From NCBI RefSeq assembly GCF_006345805.1, contig NW_021834087.1, positions 1-26,915 of the forward strand: 26,915 bases of DNA, written 5' to 3'. Positions 22,756 through 26,915 of this stretch are shown piece after piece. The position numbers were made by a program, and so were the translations under genes. Under the pieces are notes generated by a model. It was not told the origin of the DNA. It made no database searches and worked only from the letters and a program-made list of their open reading frames with translations. This DNA comes from Octopus sinensis. Its lineage: Eukaryota. Within the stretch, counting starts at the first letter, position 1, and the number at the start of each line of letters is the position of its first letter.

Positions 22756-23212
22756 ATTTTTAAAAAATCATGCATTTTGTCCTGTTGTGAAATACTGATC
22801 CTTGTTGGCATATGGAATATTGAAAACACAGGTATTCGTTTCGTATGCCCAGGAAGGATCAAAAGCAAAAAGAATTTGAATTCAACGTAAAATGTAACTC
22901 TATAAAACAAGACAATCTTAATCACATTAAATGTAAGTTATTCGTGGTGGTACTCAGCCAAGTGTGAGAGAATCACAGTGAAAGTCATTGCAAATTTACC
23001 TTTCTTTTATTCATTCTCAGACGTCGCTTCAGACTATATTAACCAACATCACGTGATATTTTAAAAATTAGTAATTTGAAGAAGACTTAACCGCTAATTA
23101 TGCACACTTATTTAGGCAAACTGACAGGGTCGTGAGGCAAGTACTTTCTTCAATGGCTTTATCTCAAATTGTTTCTGCATGTCAGTCAAAACTTTTATGG
23201 TTGTTATTTCAG

Positions 23213-23291
23213 GCAGGTCCTCTCGAATTCAAACTTTTCTGGTTAAGTGTAGACGAGAAACATTCAGAAACAAAGGGTTTAAATAAAAGTG
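23213..23291 (+). CDS. Candidate exon, phase 0: AGPLEFKLFW(LSVDEKHSETKGLNKS); donor uncertain
   Basis: Acceptor cttttatggttgttatttcag and an open frame; possible donors at CTG|gttaag or GTG|gtgtgt. Confidence 0.3.
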
Positions 23292-23838
23292 GTGTGTCAA
23301 CTTTATTTGTGAGAAACGTTAGAAATTTTGATTACAGGAAATGAGTTTGATTTTCGACCTGAAACACCGTTATTTCCATAGTAGTTGAAAAAAGTGTTTT
23401 TAAAATATTGCTTTAATAACAACGCTATTTCAAAAGGCGGCGGTTCTTAGAGTGACACATCTTTTTGTATGAAGCTTAATGTAAAAGTAAATTGAAAGCA
23501 AAGACATTTGGCGTATTCTAACGAAGGCCAAAAATGTAATGAAAAACGTGCACTAGAAAGCCATTTTTTAAACGTATTTGTCGCACAGTTTAAAAAAAAA
23601 AACTTCATATGAGTTGTATTGATGGCCCTCGTATGTTATTTCAAAATATATTTCAAAATATATTCAGGGAACAGATAATTCAAGAGAAAACGGAGTTGAA
23701 TTAACAGCTGGACGAGTGGATACATAAACCCAAATCAGTGGTAAATAGAGTCTTTCAGTTTTCAAGTATTAATAAATACTCCACATTTACGTAACTGAGT
23801 TTAGTAGTTTATCGTATCTTGATAAACCAACAATATAA

Positions 23839-23943
<105 letters not shown>

Positions 23944-23947
23944 CTCT

Positions 23948-24048
23948 GTGGCTGTGTGGTAAGTAGCTAGCTTACCAACCACATGGTTCCCAGTTCAGTC
24001 CCACTGTGTGGCACCTTAGGCAAGTGTCTTCTACTATAGCCTCGGGCA
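23948..24048 (+). mobile_element. SINE family A head fragment
   Basis: ggctgtgtggtaagtagctagcttaccaaccacatgg...ggcaagtgtcttctactatagcctcggg. Confidence 0.88.
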
Positions 24049-24334
24049 CGCGCGCACGCGCGCACACACACACACAAACACTCACACATTTATAGATGTT
24101 ACATAAACTATCTATTACGATTGTTCTAGTTTTCTACGCTACCTTCAACAACCACAAATGCTGTCTAGGTCCTATTATATACCTTTTGGTCAACTGAAGA
24201 TGATGGGAGCATGTGAAACATTAGACCTTATGCTTGGAACATATTTAGTTAAATAATTATAAAAATAGGTTTGACCGACATATCTTATACTAATTGCGTC
24301 TCTTCATGTCCTTTCCTCTTACATTTTTGTGTAG

Positions 24335-24419
24335 GCATCAGAAAGTTATCACAGAAACACTGACTCCAACATATTCCAACATACTCCATATCTGTTATAT
24401 CATTCGCTTATATACATAG
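24335..24419 (+). CDS. Candidate exon: ASESYHRNTDSNIFQHTPYLLYHSLIYI (phase 0 to 1), or HQKVITETLTPTYSNILHICYIIRLYT* (phase 2, terminal)
   Basis: ctaat branch site, long pyrimidine tract ending gtgtag, donor TAG|gtaaac. Confidence 0.45.
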
Positions 24420-24549
24420 GTAAACGTGTGCATATTTTAAATGCATATGCAGTACAAATAGATAGATAGTTATATATATATGTGTGTGTTTGTGCGTGTA
24501 TATATATATATATAGAGAGAGAGAAAGAGTGAGAGAGAGAGACAATCCT

Positions 24550-24626
<77 letters not shown>

Positions 24627-24634
24627 ATCTATCT

Positions 24635-25335
24635 GATGGTTGAAGACCATTAATGAGCATTAAGAACATCATGCACTCAGACAAATTTATACTTTAGGCT
24701 TGTGGCTTAGCTAATGACCAATGAGTCCAATTCCTGATAAACATATACGTTCGCAGATATTACAGGCCAAGCTTTCTCGATTCAATACAACTACATTACT
24801 TAAATTTTGCTCAAAGAAATGCACGATTTTTCGAAATTCTCATTCTTTCCTTTACTTGTTTCCACCTCTGATGGCGTTGACAGACATTGTTTTCATAACC
24901 GACCTCCTATATTTCATATGCCTTCAGCGAGGAGTCTATACAATCTTTAAATCGGGGTCTTGGTCTTTCCACAAACAATTTCGTCATATAGTATCTGCTT
25001 AGGGTTCCTCCGAATATTCAATTGGACAAGGTACCCAACTTAACGCAAATGGTACACAGGACATCAGTTCCCCTCAAGACCTCTGTGTTTGGAGTCCGAA
25101 AGGACCAGTCAACATTCAGAATGCCTCTCGGACGTCTCTGAAAGTAGTGTTCAAGGACCCCTAAATAAAGCCTGTAAAGGACCCATGTCTCACAAGAGTA
25201 AAAGAGCTACGTCAGCAAACACGCACGGTACATAATAACTTCTGAAGTCTTAAAGACATTTCATCCGCCAAGGAGCAAGAATAGCTGAGTTTACTACTCA
25301 GGTTGACAAACTTGTCAACTACTTTCATTATTGTT
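24635..25335 (-). mobile_element. Decayed RTE/BovB-like LINE, 3' part, ending at a (GATA)n tract
   Basis: Minus translation gives VVDKFVNLSS, LFYSCETW, PKQILYDEI..GK, RPRFKDC and CERICLSGIGLIGH. Confidence 0.88.
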
Positions 25336-25349
25336 CATTCGACTAATGG

Positions 25350-25512
25350 GTTTAATGGGGCATGCTGAATCATTACAACATTCTTTGAAACGCTAATTAC
25401 ATCATTTCATGACGGGACAGAGGCATGGGTTAATGTCGGTGGTGGCACAGCGAGATTCATTCCTATAGGGAATGGTGTCAAACAAGGTGACATCGTTGCC
25501 CCAACTCACTTC
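25350..25512 (+). mobile_element. RTE-like RT fragment around the QG motif, inverted relative to the adjacent 3' part
   Basis: LITSFHDGTEAWVNVGGGTARFIPIGNGVKQGDIVAPTHF. Confidence 0.88.
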
Positions 25513-25516
25513 TTGC

Positions 25517-25579
25517 ATGTTTGTTGTTTACACACCTATCTGTTTTTTTTTTCTTTTGTTTTTTTTTGTAAATCCAACT

Positions 25580-25585
<6 letters not shown>
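25517..25585 (+). mobile_element. Tail-only copy of the P3-type element
   Basis: gtttgttgtttacacacct...tgtaaatccaactata matches 21250-21302. Confidence 0.7.
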
Positions 25586-25618
<33 letters not shown>

Positions 25619-25764
25619 TATATATATATATATATATAAGGTTCCTCCGAATATTTAGGACAATGTATCTAAATGCCAAGTTCGAGAAACGAACGAAAGC
25701 GCTAATAATAATGAATAAATAAAAAGATTTTTACACCAAAATTCTGGCGACCTTTTTTCTCAAG

Positions 25765-25808
<44 letters not shown>

Positions 25809-26433
25809 TATATATATAATATATATATAGACAAAAGTTACTGATATAATACCAAAAATGCAGTGAATGGCAGTGAACATTTTGGCGATCTTTTGCGTGC
25901 GCTTGAGATCATAGCATTTCCACATTCTTGAATCTGAGACTGTATATTTTGTACTGGTTTCTCTCTAGATCATGTCAGCAAGGTAGAGAGGATCTGTGAG
26001 GGGTTGTACAAGACTTATAGAACCTAAAATCTCAGATTGTATATTCACCGGTAAGGTGGCTTTCTGATGCCCGGTTGAGCAGGAGGGCGCCGTGGAGAGC
26101 ATACCTCTGCGGACGAGACCTCGTGAGAAGCCGACTAATGGTGCAATAACCTTTTTTATGCATAGGTATTGCTGAACATTTAGCATGAGAAATGGTCAGT
26201 GATGTATGTCTCTCTTTTCTGAAGAAAAAGCTCATTTATTTTATTTATGTATGCATGTTTCTATGTATACATTCACATACAAAAGCGCGCGCCCACACAT
26301 CACACACGTACACACACGTACACACACATATTTAGAGATGCGCGCACACACACATATAAATATATATATACACACACATGTAAATATATATATATACACA
26401 AACACAAATATATATGCATACACATATATTAGC

Positions 26434-26790
26434 CTCAGGCTTGGCTGTGTGGTAAGAAGCTTGCTTCCCAACCAATTGTTCCGGGTTCAGTATCGTTGCA
26501 TGTCATCTCGGGCCGACCAAAGCCTTGTGAGTGGATTTGGTAGACGGAAACTGAAAAAAGTCTGTCATATATATGTGTGTGTGTGTGTGTCTGTGTTTGT
26601 ACCCCCATCATCATTTGACAACTGATTTTGGTGTGTTTACGTCCCCGTAATCTAGCGGTTCAGCGAAAGAGACCGATAGAATAAGTTCTAAGCTTACAAA
26701 GAATAAGTTCTGGGGTCAATTTGTGACTATTGAAGGCGGTGTTCAGCATGGCTGCAGTCAAGTGACTGAAACACATAAAAGAATAAAAAA
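26434..26790 (+). mobile_element. SINE family A, near full length with a head deletion
   Basis: ggctgtgtggtaagaagcttgcttcccaacc through gtcaagtgactgaaacacataaaag. Confidence 0.9.
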
Positions 26791-26853
26791 AAAAGAATAA
26801 AATAATATAAATATGTATACACACACACATTTATCAGCTCTATATTTACATAT

Positions 26854-26915
26854 TGTGGAGGCGCAATGGCCTAGTGGTTAGGGCAGCGGACTCGCGGTCG
26901 TAGGATCGCGGTTTC
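26854..26915 (+). mobile_element. SINE family C tRNA-like head, cut by the window end
   Basis: Box A TGGCCTAGTGG; the start of box B (ggtttc) lies at the window edge. Confidence 0.75.

Noticed and set aside
24721-25002. + strand 93-aa ORF
   Set aside because: Antisense to the decayed RTE coding region.
26854-26915. tRNA gene
   Set aside because: Box A/B-like head shared with dispersed family C copies; it is a SINE head and is truncated by the window.

Overview
AT-rich, microsatellite-saturated eukaryotic genomic DNA. The SINE families and repeat landscape point to an octopus (coleoid cephalopod) genome; this is an inference from memory of those repeats, with no search run. Almost all long ORFs in the supplied track are translated microsatellites. 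Real content: (1) about 25 copies or fragments of three tRNA-type SINE families (labelled A, B and C here), several in inverted clusters; (2) decayed non-LTR retrotransposons: two tandem R4/Dong-like RLE 3' ends in a (TAA)n tract and an RTE/BovB-like copy with an internal inversion; (3) a MITE whose left TIR is split by a trimeric SINE-B insertion with a 17-bp TSD; (4) a family of about 200-nt (TA)n-associated elements carrying minimal hammerhead-ribozyme-like folds with covarying helices, resembling Penelope-associated minimal hammerheads; (5) a near-identical 400-bp tandem duplication containing a candidate 30-nt exon; (6) a probable + strand multi-exon gene built from short exons the ORF track misses (best chain 7042-7116, 8770-8826, 9951-10010, 10983-11026), plus weaker exon candidates further right. 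All exon calls are manual splice-signal and frame readings and need RNA-seq or homology confirmation.
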